Part shown: one piece after another, positions 8,033-17,091 of the stretch
How positions within the stretch are numbered: position 1 is the first letter of the stretch
Layout of the letters: each line of letters begins with the position of its first letter
Assembly: GCA_041653675.1 (NCBI GenBank)
Contig: JBAZEY010000005.1
Coordinates: 10,164 to 74,163, forward strand
Length of the DNA: 64,000 bases
Direction of reading: 5' to 3'
Origin: Patescibacteria group bacterium
GTDB lineage: Bacteria; Patescibacteriota; Patescibacteriia; XYB2-FULL-38-15
Program-made: the position numbers and the translations under genes
The notes under the pieces: model-generated
What the model was told of the DNA's origin: nothing
The model's database searches: none
Seen by the model: only the letters and a program-made list of their open reading frames with translations

Positions 8033-9790
8033 TTACTCTAAAACCGCTTTAATTCGGCGAATTCCCGCGCTTGAAGCCTCTTCCTTTATAATCTTAAAAG
8101 TCCCTAGTTCTCCGATATTATCCACATGCGGCCCGCCACAAATTTCTTTGCTAAAGTCGCCAATCGTGTAAACCTTAACCTTATCGCCGTATTTATGCTC
8201 AAAAACTCCGGTTGCGCCAGCTGTTTTAGCTTCATCAACCGTCATTTCTTCCATTTGCACCGGCGTTTTTTTGCTGATTTCATTATTAACTATTTCTTCC
8301 ACTTTTTTAATTTCTTCCGGCGTTACCTTTTGCGGATGCGAAAAATCAAAACGCAATCGCTCGGCGGTGATATTACTCCCGCGCTGCACCACATGCTCGC
8401 CCAAAACTTTTCGCAGGGCCGCGAGCATCAAATGTGCCGCGGTGTGCAGCCGAGTTGTTTCCACTCCGGCATCAGCCAAGCCGCCCTTAAACTGCCCGGC
8501 CGAAGCGGTTCGAGAAAGTTCTTGATGTTTTTTAAATTCTTCTTCAAATTCTTTGACGTCAACTTTCACGCCTTTGTCTTGTGCTAATTCCATCGTAAGT
8601 TCCAAGGGAAAGCCGTAAGTAGTAAAAAGGTTAAACGCATCTTTTCCCGTTACATTTTCTAATTTTTCAAATTCTTTCAATCCTCTTTCCAAAGTTTTAT
8701 CAAATTTTTTTTCTTCTTTATCTAATTCTTGAGCTATAAATTCGCTATTTTCTTCTAATTCATGATATTCCTGCCCGTAATAACTAGCAATTACTTTACT
8801 AAGACCGTACATAAAAGTCCCCTCAATGCCGATCTTTCTTGCATGCCGAATAGCTCGGCGAATCAAACGACGTAAAATATAACCCTGACCGACGTTTGAC
8901 GGAACAATCCCAATCGGATCGCCCAAAATAAAAGTCGCGGCACGAATGTGATCGGCGATAATTCTAACTGATTTTTCCTCCGGATCGGCGTCCGCCATTT
9001 CTTTTATCTTGGCCACGAGCGGCGCGAACATTTCTGTTTCATAAACACTATTACAACCGTTCAAAACTCCGATTGTCCGCTCAAGCCCCATGCCAGTATC
9101 AATATTTTTCTGCGCAAGCGGTTCATATTTCCCGTCGGCGGTTTTATTATATTGCATAAAAACATCGTTCCATATTTCTACCCATTTTTCCGTTGAACTC
9201 TTTGTTGAATCTTCGGGATCAAATTTTTCAGGAGGTTTTCCTTCGCCTTTCCAATAAAACATTTCTGTATCTGGTCCACATGGTCCGGTTGTACCAGCTG
9301 GTCCCCACCAATTATCTTTCTTCGGCAGTTTGGCAATTCGTTCCGGAGCAACTCCGAGAGAGATCCAAATATCATAAGCTTCTTTGTCAAAAGGAGCATC
9401 TTCGTCTCCGGCAAAAACGGTAACAGCTAAATATTTTTTATCAAGTCCGAGCCTTTTTTTATCCGTTAAAAATTCCCAAGACATTTTTATGGCGTCTTCT
9501 TTAAAATAATCGCCAAGCGACCAATTTCCTAACATTTCAAAAAAGGTATTATGCCAATTATCGCCAACCTCATCAATATCTCCCGTGCGAATGCATTTTT
9601 GTACGCTCGTTAAACGTTTTCCGGCCGGATGCTTTTCGCCAAGCAAAAACGGAACGAGCGGATGCATCCCGGCGGTCGTAAACAAAACCGTCGGGTCATT
9701 TTCCGGGATTAAAGAAGCCGAAGGAAGAACTGCGTGGCCGCGCTCCTCAAAAAATTCCAAATATTTTTCTCTCAATTCTTTAGCTGTCAT
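8033..9790 (-). CDS. alaS: Alanine--tRNA ligase, compact form (catalytic plus editing domains; no C-Ala/DHHA1 region)
   Basis: The class II AlaRS N-terminus is present (MTAKELREKYLEFFEERGHAVLPSASLIPENDPTVLFTTAGMHP...). The editing-site HxxxH...CxxxH block is present (TAAHLM...CGGPHV). Only 585 aa. Confidence 0.85.
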   Translation of the reverse strand: MTAKELREKYLEFFEERGHAVLPSASLIPENDPTVLFTTAGMHPLVPFLLGEKHPAGKRLTSVQKCIRTGDIDEVGDNWHNTFFEMLGNWSLGDYFKEDAIKMSWEFLTDKKRLGLDKKYLAVTVFAGDEDAPFDKEAYDIWISLGVAPERIAKLPKKDNWWGPAGTTGPCGPDTEMFYWKGEGKPPEKFDPEDSTKSSTEKWVEIWNDVFMQYNKTADGKYEPLAQKNIDTGMGLERTIGVLNGCNSVYETEMFAPLVAKIKEMADADPEEKSVRIIADHIRAATFILGDPIGIVPSNVGQGYILRRLIRRAIRHARKIGIEGTFMYGLSKVIASYYGQEYHELEENSEFIAQELDKEEKKFDKTLERGLKEFEKLENVTGKDAFNLFTTYGFPLELTMELAQDKGVKVDVKEFEEEFKKHQELSRTASAGQFKGGLADAGVETTRLHTAAHLMLAALRKVLGEHVVQRGSNITAERLRFDFSHPQKVTPEEIKKVEEIVNNEISKKTPVQMEEMTVDEAKTAGATGVFEHKYGDKVKVYTIGDFSKEICGGPHVDNIGELGTFKIIKEEASSAGIRRIKAVLE

Positions 9791-9794
9791 AATT

Positions 9795-10853
9795 TTATTT
9801 TATAACTCCCCCGCCGAGCACTTCGTCTCCTTTGTAAAAAACCACCGACTGCCCCGCCGTAATAGCTCTCTGCGGCTTATCAAAAATTATTTTAAAATTA
9901 TTTTTTATTTTTTTAATCACGCACGGCGCTTCTTTATGTTTATATCGTATTTTTGCTTTGGCGCGCATCGGCAACTTTGGCGCGTGCCCGGCGATCCAGC
10001 TCACTCTTCCGGCTATTAATTCTTTTGATAATAATTTCTTTTGATCGCGGCTAACATATAAAACATTTTTTCCAGTATCAATTTTCACAACATACCACGG
10101 CCCGCCGCCGAGCGCCAATCCCCTTCTCTGGCCAATTGTATAGAATGGCAAACCGTCGTGCCCACCCAATTTCTTTCCACTTTCTAATTCTACAATTTTT
10201 CCACTTTTAACTTTCAAATATTTTTTCAAAAAACTTTTTAAACTTGCTCCCACAAAACAAACTTCCTGGCTGTCTTTTTTCGCGTGAACCGGCAAGCCGA
10301 ATTTTTTGGCCATCGCTCGCACTCGCGGTTTTACATAATCGCCTACCGGAAACAAAATCTGCTTTAATTTATCTTGCGTCAAAGTATAAAGAAAATACGA
10401 TTGATCTTTTTCTGGATCTTTTCCTTTTAATAATTTACCATTGATAACTCGCGCGTAATGTCCGGTCGCAACATATTCTGCACCCATTGCCCGCGCCTTC
10501 TTTAACAATTCTCCAAATTTTATAAACCTATTACACTCCACGCAAGGATTCGGCGTCCGTCCGGCCCGATATTCTTTCAAAAAATAATCTACCACCAATT
10601 TCTTAAACGGAACTTTCATGTTCAGCGTATAGATCGGAATTCCCAATTTTTGCGCCACGCGTCGCGCGTCGCTGTATGCCTCAAATGAACAACATTTATT
10701 CATCGCGCAACCTGCGCCGCTGGCCGACTCCGACCAAAACCGCATAAAAACGCCGACGACATCAAACCCCTGCTTTTTCAAAAGTGCGGCCGCGACCGAA
10801 GAATCAATTCCGCCCGACATTGCTACCATTACTTTTTCCTTTTTCTTCATCAT
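9795..10853 (-). CDS. mnmA: tRNA-specific 2-thiouridylase
   Basis: MVAMSGGIDSSVAAALLKKQGFDVVGVFM... has the PP-loop (SGGxDS) and MnmA-like length and body. Confidence 0.9.
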   Translation of the reverse strand: MMKKKEKVMVAMSGGIDSSVAAALLKKQGFDVVGVFMRFWSESASGAGCAMNKCCSFEAYSDARRVAQKLGIPIYTLNMKVPFKKLVVDYFLKEYRAGRTPNPCVECNRFIKFGELLKKARAMGAEYVATGHYARVINGKLLKGKDPEKDQSYFLYTLTQDKLKQILFPVGDYVKPRVRAMAKKFGLPVHAKKDSQEVCFVGASLKSFLKKYLKVKSGKIVELESGKKLGGHDGLPFYTIGQRRGLALGGGPWYVVKIDTGKNVLYVSRDQKKLLSKELIAGRVSWIAGHAPKLPMRAKAKIRYKHKEAPCVIKKIKNNFKIIFDKPQRAITAGQSVVFYKGDEVLGGGVIK

Positions 10854-10894
10854 AATAATTATCTAATCTTACAATAAATTATCTATAAAAACAA

Positions 10895-10940
10895 GAGATA
10901 AAAAACGCTGGCCATCGCGCCGTAACGCAATTTGGCCAGC
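10895..10940 (-). terminator. Intrinsic terminator after the GC island 2 ORF: CGCTGGCCA...TGGCCAGCG hairpin followed by T6 on the minus strand
   Basis: Inverted repeat and T-run read directly, downstream of the 10955 stop. Confidence 0.5.
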
Positions 10941-10954
10941 ACTTCGCCCTCCTC

Positions 10955-11785
10955 CTACTCGCCTTCCGCGATCTCCACGAGCCTGCGCTCGAAGGATCGC
11001 CGCTTCGGCTCCCGTTCGAGGTAACCGCACACGACCTTCTTGACGTTGAACATGTCGGGCAAATCGCCGACAAACCCGAAGAGCCCGCGGAGTCTTTCGA
11101 GCTGCACCTGCAGGGCGCGAGCGTAAACCAAGCCGTGCGAACGGCCCATGGTGAGAATCGTTGCCTCCGAGAAGCCGGGCCCCTTTTCCGGCATCTGCCT
11201 GGCCTCTGCGAGAATCAGGAGCGCCGCCCTTTCGGGATCCCCCGCCGACCCCCTCGGTGCGTAGCAGAAATTGATTGTGGCCGCACACTGGGCGTCGAAC
11301 CAATTTCCCGCCCGTGCTGCTTCCAGACAGTCCTCGCGTACTTGGGTCGCCCACTTCCCGAAAAACGTCTGCCGGTTCACCTTGGAGGTGTCGATCACCC
11401 ATTGCCAAGCGAAGACGGTCGGCGAGTTTGGGATGTCATAGACATGAATCAGGGCGTCACCCAACTCAGCCTTCATCGCCTCGAGGCGCGAATACGGCGA
11501 CAATCTCCAATAGTCCACCTTCTCGCAGCCTGCGATCTTGGCCTGGATTGCCGCCTCTTCCGGTGTAGCCCGCCGAAGCTTGGCCGACAGGTGGCCGTTT
11601 CCGGCGTCATGGCTCTCCACTTCCACTACAGGAAACCCCAGAGCTTTTCCCATGGCTTGGAGAACCTTGTGTTGATCGGCCGTGTACCATTCGAACCACG
11701 CGGCGGAGATCTCCTCTCCGACCGCACGGATCTCCCCGGAAATGTATTCACCTAGCGCGAACTTCACTTCACGATTTTCCGCCAT
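10955..11785 (-). CDS. Hypothetical protein (GC island 2), 276 aa
   Basis: AGGAGG RBS 8 nt upstream of the ATG (MAENREVKFALGEY...). ~60+% GC. The region is open in several frames, and this is the longest ORF with an RBS. No known domain recognised. Confidence 0.5.
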   Translation of the reverse strand: MAENREVKFALGEYISGEIRAVGEEISAAWFEWYTADQHKVLQAMGKALGFPVVEVESHDAGNGHLSAKLRRATPEEAAIQAKIAGCEKVDYWRLSPYSRLEAMKAELGDALIHVYDIPNSPTVFAWQWVIDTSKVNRQTFFGKWATQVREDCLEAARAGNWFDAQCAATINFCYAPRGSAGDPERAALLILAEARQMPEKGPGFSEATILTMGRSHGLVYARALQVQLERLRGLFGFVGDLPDMFNVKKVVCGYLEREPKRRSFERRLVEIAEGE

Positions 11786-11841
11786 TTTCTTTCCTCCTAA
11801 TGCTACTTTAATCTAAACAAACTTAAATTACAAATTTATTA

Positions 11842-11872
11842 AATAAAAAACAGCGGCGAAATGCCACCGCTA
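11842..11872 (-). terminator. Probable terminator after queH: AGCGGyG...CGCCGCT hairpin followed by T6ATTT on the minus strand
   Basis: Read directly. Stem is imperfect. Confidence 0.4.
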
Positions 11873-11883
11873 TATGAACCGGT

Positions 11884-12423
11884 CTATCTCATCGAATAAA
11901 TGCACCCGCAATAATTTTGCCGGTACAAACCCAAACGACGCGACTCTTTATCAGTTTCCACTTGCCCGCCGCCTTTTTTAAAATCTTCCGCCAAAAATTT
12001 TAGGCCAAATTGTTTTGCCCATTTTTCTCCGAGTGGATTTATTACCGCCGCTTTTTTATTCCGACCAACCGTCAGCGTTGAAGCAAAATACTCAAAATTA
12101 TTCTCTTTGGCATATTTTGCCGTTTCACCAAGCCGCAAACTAAAACACATCTCACATCTCTCGGAGCTTTCCGGATCGGCCTCATGGCCATGGACAAGCG
12201 CCAGCCACTCTTCCGGCTGATATTTTCCCTCGACCAATTCCACTTTCGCCTCGCCCGCCACCCGCCGCGCCGCTTCCAATCTTTTTTTATATTCTTCTTC
12301 CGGAGCGATATTTGGATTAAAAAAATATAACGTCACGTCAAAGTCAGCGGATAACTTTTTCGGTATCCACGCCCCGCAAACGCCGCAACATATATGTAAT
12401 AGTAATTTTGGCTTATCTTTCAT
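11884..12423 (-). CDS. queH: Epoxyqueuosine reductase QueH (DUF208 family)
   Basis: MKDKPKLLLHICCGVCGAWIPKK... has the N-terminal CCGxC cluster and C-terminal CGC, with QueH-like length. Confidence 0.75.
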   Translation of the reverse strand: MKDKPKLLLHICCGVCGAWIPKKLSADFDVTLYFFNPNIAPEEEYKKRLEAARRVAGEAKVELVEGKYQPEEWLALVHGHEADPESSERCEMCFSLRLGETAKYAKENNFEYFASTLTVGRNKKAAVINPLGEKWAKQFGLKFLAEDFKKGGGQVETDKESRRLGLYRQNYCGCIYSMR

Positions 12424-12473
12424 AACAAAAACATCTTAGCATAACAAAACAAGTCCTTCCAGGGGACTTGTTT

Positions 12474-14639
12474 TTATTTAAAACCGTTATTCTTCTGATT
12501 CTGGCCGCCCGTTTTCGGCGGAAAATTTTGTTTACCTCCGCCCCCGCCCCCATTTTTCTTTTTTGCCTGACGCTCTTTTTCTTTTTCAGTCTTAAGGCAG
12601 GCCTTACAATAAACCGGGCGATTCGGATCGGGGTTGAAAGAAACCCGGTCCGACTTCCCGCAGGCAGAACAAGTTATTTCATAAGGAAATTTTTCCTCGA
12701 ATGTTCTTTTATCATCGCCCTTTCCCTTTTCTTTTTCTTTTTTTCCCTCTTCTTTTTTGATGGACAGGGCGGGAGGAACGGGCAACGCGGCCGGAGCTGA
12801 TTTTTTTTCTTCAAGAACAGCGGGCAGATTTTGCGGAATAGGCGCAATTTTCTTCTCGTCCGGTTCATCCAGATTTAAGGGCGACGGGACGTCTTCTTCT
12901 ACGATTGATTTTTGAGGGATATTTTCTTCTTGTTTTTTAACCAACACTCTTTTTTCTTCTCTTACGGGCTTTGGAACAAGCGGCGGCTGCTTTATTTTGA
13001 TATCTATATCAATTTTTTCCTTTGGTTTAATCACAACTTTCGGTGGACGAACAATTACGGTAGGCACAATAACTTCTTTTTGCACCTCTCGCTCTTCATT
13101 AAATTTTTCTCTTTTTTCCGGCTCTGATTCAAAAATTTTTAAGAAATTAACAGCTTGTACTTTTGATTTTTCCAAAATTGCTTCACGAGCGGTGATGGCG
13201 CGCTCTTCAAGCTCGACTTGCGACATTTCTGGTTTTTTCTTTTCTTCTACCTCTACTGCTACCGCCCCGCTTTTTATGCCTTCCGCTTCTTGTTTTTTTT
13301 CTTCAATTAATTTTTTAATCTCCGCCTCCAGTTCTTCGTCGGATTTTTCTTCAGTGCCGATAACCTGCATTCCGCTCCAGCGAATAATCTTTTCCTCAAC
13401 GATTTCCTTCGGCTTGGCGTAACGTTCCCGGGAAACGCGAATGACTTTATCTCTATTATCAGTCGGTCCCGTAACCGGTGGGAGACCCGACGCAGAAAAA
13501 GGCGTTGATGATACGCCATCAATCATCAATTTCATGTACGTATCGTATTTGGTCAAATTTACTAAATCTTCGGCCGTGAAAGTCGGCAAAAATTCTTTTT
13601 CCAAAACCTCGGCATCGGCCGCGCCAATCCGGAAAGCAACAATTGTTCCGACGTTACCAAAAACGGCGGCGGCAACTTCTTCGGCCAACTGTTCAATATA
13701 TTGATGGGCTAAAACTAAATTCAAACGATATTTTCTGGCTTCAGACAAAATATTGGCAAAACTCAAAGTAGCAAAATTTTGAAATTCATCGACATAAAGA
13801 TAAAAATCTTTTCTTTGGGGTTCTGGAATGTCCACCCGGCCCATGGCCGCCAACTGAATTCTTGTAACAAGCATATTTCCCAAAAGGGCGCTCGCGTCCT
13901 CACCAATCCGGCCTTTAGCCAAATTCATTATAAAAATCTTCTGGCTGTCCATAATTTCGCGCATATCAATTGTGGATTTCACCTGGCCGACAATATTTCT
14001 AACAATTGATGCCGATAAAAATTGACCAACCTTATTTTGGATAGGCGCGATCGCTTCCGTGGCGAACCTTTCATTATATTTGGCAAATTCATCAACCCAA
14101 AAAGCTTTGACAACCGGGTCTTTCAGTTTAAGAATAACTTTTTTCCGATAATCCCGGTCGGCTAACATTCTGTTAATTCCAAGCATGGTCGATCCCGGAC
14201 AATCCAAAAGCGCGAGAATTGTGTTATTCAAAATATATTCCATTCTGGCTGACCAAACATCAGGCCATATTTTTTTGAAAACTCCCATCATGCCCGAAGC
14301 AACAAGGTGTTTATATCTTGGATCAATAGATTCCAAAATATTAAAAGCAATCGGCCAGTCCAAATCAGCCGGATTAAAATAAACCACGTCGTTGATTCTA
14401 TCCGCCGGGATAAAATCAAGAATTTTTTCCGCCAAATCGCCGTGTGGATCAACCACGCCTACGCCGCGTCCCGCCCGGATATCGGAGATAATTAAATTCT
14501 CCAGCGTGGTCGTTTTGCCCATGCCGGTTTTACCGATGATGTACATGTGCCGACGGCGATCGTCGGTTTTAATGCCGAAACGTTTTCGAGCTCCTCGAAA
14601 ATTTGTTTCAGCAAATAATGCTACCTCCTCGTTTTGCAT
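12474..14639 (-). CDS. TraD/TraG/VirD4-like coupling-protein-type P-loop ATPase, with a ~330-aa K/E/P-rich tail, C4 zinc ribbon and Gly6 C-terminus
   Basis: Walker A HMYIIGKTGMGKTT, VVDPHGDL, Walker B-like FYLYVDEFQNF. Tail has ...CSACGKSDRVSFNPDPNRPVYCKACL...GGGGGGK. Paralogous to the C-terminal half of 56533-59199. Confidence 0.6.
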   Translation of the reverse strand: MQNEEVALFAETNFRGARKRFGIKTDDRRRHMYIIGKTGMGKTTTLENLIISDIRAGRGVGVVDPHGDLAEKILDFIPADRINDVVYFNPADLDWPIAFNILESIDPRYKHLVASGMMGVFKKIWPDVWSARMEYILNNTILALLDCPGSTMLGINRMLADRDYRKKVILKLKDPVVKAFWVDEFAKYNERFATEAIAPIQNKVGQFLSASIVRNIVGQVKSTIDMREIMDSQKIFIMNLAKGRIGEDASALLGNMLVTRIQLAAMGRVDIPEPQRKDFYLYVDEFQNFATLSFANILSEARKYRLNLVLAHQYIEQLAEEVAAAVFGNVGTIVAFRIGAADAEVLEKEFLPTFTAEDLVNLTKYDTYMKLMIDGVSSTPFSASGLPPVTGPTDNRDKVIRVSRERYAKPKEIVEEKIIRWSGMQVIGTEEKSDEELEAEIKKLIEEKKQEAEGIKSGAVAVEVEEKKKPEMSQVELEERAITAREAILEKSKVQAVNFLKIFESEPEKREKFNEEREVQKEVIVPTVIVRPPKVVIKPKEKIDIDIKIKQPPLVPKPVREEKRVLVKKQEENIPQKSIVEEDVPSPLNLDEPDEKKIAPIPQNLPAVLEEKKSAPAALPVPPALSIKKEEGKKEKEKGKGDDKRTFEEKFPYEITCSACGKSDRVSFNPDPNRPVYCKACLKTEKEKERQAKKKNGGGGGGKQNFPPKTGGQNQKNNGFK

Positions 14640-14645
14640 ATTTGT

Positions 14646-16073
14646 TTATACTGTTGGTAATTTTTCCGGTGGTAATCCTTCTTTTTCTTCCTTTGACAAC
14701 TCCTCTTCCCCTCCGGTTTCCTTCATCGCTTTCATATAGTTCGGATATTCAAACGGCAAATTAATAGGCGGCACGCCACGTTTACTTTCCACGGTCTTAA
14801 CGGGCGGCGCCTTAATCCAAGCCGCTGGGAAGTGCCACATCGTAGCCAGCTCTTCAATATTTAAAACAAAGCCCTTTCCAATTCCCCTCGTTTGGCTGCG
14901 CCCCTTATAGGCCCGCAAAATTTTTTCTTTTTTCCACTTTAATCTTGTTTTTATAAAAATATAATGGGCGGCGGTGCCAACTTTTTTATATTCCGGCTTA
15001 ATACTCTGGCCATCCATAGTACTAAATTGTTTGATCGCGCCAACCATAGGATGCGCCGCGCGTGCTTTTTTGAAAATTTCCTTTTTCCCAAGATAAATCA
15101 TTCTTATCTTTGTTTGAAAACCGATCTTGGAAATTTTTCTTTCAATCGCCTCAACCAGGGTTTTTACTCCGGGCGAAAGATATTGCATCATGGACGCCTC
15201 TTTCTTTTCTTCTTTTTTCTTCACCGGCGCGTCTTCTCCACTGCTTAAAATCTGAGTCAAGGCCGTGTCCGCGACTTTTCCAGGCAGATCAACAATTTTA
15301 CTCAGCCAGGTCTCTTTCGCTTCAATCTTCGCACCAATTAATTTTTTAACCAAATTTACACCTTTCGTGGTCCATTCTTTCTGGCTAATCGGAGTGATAA
15401 TTATCTGAAACCAAATATGTTCGCCCTTTCCCATTTTGGACATCGTCTCAAGCATGGCCGCCAAAGGATCTTTAAACTCCTTAGTCGTTGGATCTTCAAA
15501 ATCATGATAAGTCCGTAAGGGATACGCGTCTTCTTTTTTAACCTTAACCCATTCCGTGCCAAATAACTCCCATTCGGCGTCTGGAAAAATTTTCGGCGCC
15601 CACTTTGTATAATCAACAACTTCCGTAATTTCTGCGGCGGGATATTGGGCGTAAACCGCTGCCTCAACTAAATCACGAAATTTATCGCGAGTGCGAATGA
15701 CAAACTGGATATACCCTTCAGTGCTTACAATTTCTAAGCTAAACCAATCCTGGGTTTTCCCTTCCCAATACTTTTCCCAAAGAGTATCTGTGCCGTGCGC
15801 GCCGTCCAGATGGGAAAAAATATTTTCTACGGCTAGGGGCGACTGTCCTGGTTCATCCAAAACAGCTTTCGGAATATCTATTGCTAAAAAAATCCAGCGG
15901 CGCTTTGCTTCGTAAAGATTCTGCCGCCAATTAACCCAAATTTCCCATGATCCCCAAAGAAAAACCCAAAGGATTATGGCCCATCCTCCGTCGGCGAAAA
16001 GCCGCCACATTATAGCAGGAGGCGACATTGTCGCTAATTTATCAAAATAACTCAAATCAATAGTGATCATCAC
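14646..16073 (-). CDS. Membrane-anchored partner protein: N-terminal TM segments plus large soluble domain. Paralog of the N-terminal half of 56533-59199.
   Basis: Shared motifs are FSLEIVSTEGYIQF vs LSFEIIADKGLISF, and ATMWHFPAAW...PPINLP vs ASLFHFPSPW...PPINMP. Stop lies 6 nt before the ATG of the ATPase ORF. Confidence 0.55.
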   Translation of the reverse strand: MMITIDLSYFDKLATMSPPAIMWRLFADGGWAIILWVFLWGSWEIWVNWRQNLYEAKRRWIFLAIDIPKAVLDEPGQSPLAVENIFSHLDGAHGTDTLWEKYWEGKTQDWFSLEIVSTEGYIQFVIRTRDKFRDLVEAAVYAQYPAAEITEVVDYTKWAPKIFPDAEWELFGTEWVKVKKEDAYPLRTYHDFEDPTTKEFKDPLAAMLETMSKMGKGEHIWFQIIITPISQKEWTTKGVNLVKKLIGAKIEAKETWLSKIVDLPGKVADTALTQILSSGEDAPVKKKEEKKEASMMQYLSPGVKTLVEAIERKISKIGFQTKIRMIYLGKKEIFKKARAAHPMVGAIKQFSTMDGQSIKPEYKKVGTAAHYIFIKTRLKWKKEKILRAYKGRSQTRGIGKGFVLNIEELATMWHFPAAWIKAPPVKTVESKRGVPPINLPFEYPNYMKAMKETGGEEELSKEEKEGLPPEKLPTV

Positions 16074-16123
16074 TACGCAAATTACTATTTTTAACTAATT
16101 TACAAATTTCCTTCCTCTGATAT

Positions 16124-16138
16124 TTATTATAGCACAAA
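16124..16138 (-). promoter_or_regulatory. Extended -10 promoter TTTTGTGCTATAATAAA (minus strand)
   Basis: Identical motif recurs at 33151-33165 and 34770-34784. TGn plus TATAAT. Confidence 0.45.
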
Positions 16139-16227
16139 AAATGAGTCAAGTTAATAACAAAAATAACCCTATTGCGGGTTCATTTTTAAAATTAAAATAA
16201 AAATCATCTTTTTTGCAAAATATGAGG

Positions 16228-17091
16228 TTATTTTCTGTATTGTTCGGGAAAATTAAGCCGGCTGACCAGAAATCTTACAACCATAATGCAGGCAAAAGGA
16301 AACATTCCCGTAAAAGCAATTAAAGCAAAAATTGGCTTATTAATATTTATGGCTGTTAAAATTGTAAAAAAACAAATCATGGCATATCCGATAACTGGAG
16401 CGTAATCAAATAAAGTCGCTTCTTCCGGCCGCTCGCGCTCGAAGAAAATTTTGTAAAGAAAAACTACTGAAAAAGAAATTGTCATCCAACCAAAAAAATT
16501 ATTAATTGGCACGCCAAAATATTCTCCGGGATGAAGCCATGACCACCATCCCATTTCTACCGCAAGCGGCTCAAGAGAAAAATCCCAAGCCACAACCACA
16601 AGCGAAGTTAAAAGCGCGCACCAAAAACTGACCCAAAATTTTTGCAAAAAAGGCGTATGCTTTGTAAACCTGAAATTCGTAATGTGCTCCGAAACTTGGT
16701 AAGAAAGATAAATAATCGCCGCCCACATCAAAATTATAAGCACCGGAATATTCAAAAATTTCCATCCTAAAAATTCAGAATATTTATAATACCCCTCAAA
16801 ATTATTGGCCAAATTCGCGCCGATAAATTCCGCCCCCAGACTGACCGACAAAACTAAAATGAGAAAAAGTATCGCGTTTCGCGCGCCAAATTTTCTAAAC
16901 GCGTGCCAGAGAGTAAAAATAAAAACCGATAAAGTAAAAAACGCCGTCAGAAAAAATCCCCCGATTTTTTGCCCTTGCCACAAGATAAAAATATAAAAAA
17001 GTATAATCGCGGCAAAAAATAAATTGGCGAGAAAAAAATTTAAATTTTTTGACTGCATAAATTTAAAATTATAACGCGCCCAATTCTTCAA
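16228..17091 (-). CDS. Polytopic integral membrane protein, unknown function
   Basis: 287 aa with ~8 hydrophobic segments. No motif I can name with confidence. Confidence 0.45.
   Translation of the reverse strand: MKNWARYNFKFMQSKNLNFFLANLFFAAIILFYIFILWQGQKIGGFFLTAFFTLSVFIFTLWHAFRKFGARNAILFLILVLSVSLGAEFIGANLANNFEGYYKYSEFLGWKFLNIPVLIILMWAAIIYLSYQVSEHITNFRFTKHTPFLQKFWVSFWCALLTSLVVVAWDFSLEPLAVEMGWWSWLHPGEYFGVPINNFFGWMTISFSVVFLYKIFFERERPEEATLFDYAPVIGYAMICFFTILTAININKPIFALIAFTGMFPFACIMVVRFLVSRLNFPEQYRK

Noticed and set aside
10869-11755. ORFs 10869-11408(-), 10879-11073(-), 11135-11755(+) and 11275-11568(+) overlapping the island 2 gene
   Set aside because: Same high-GC multi-frame artefact. The 10955-11785 frame is longest and has the RBS and terminator.
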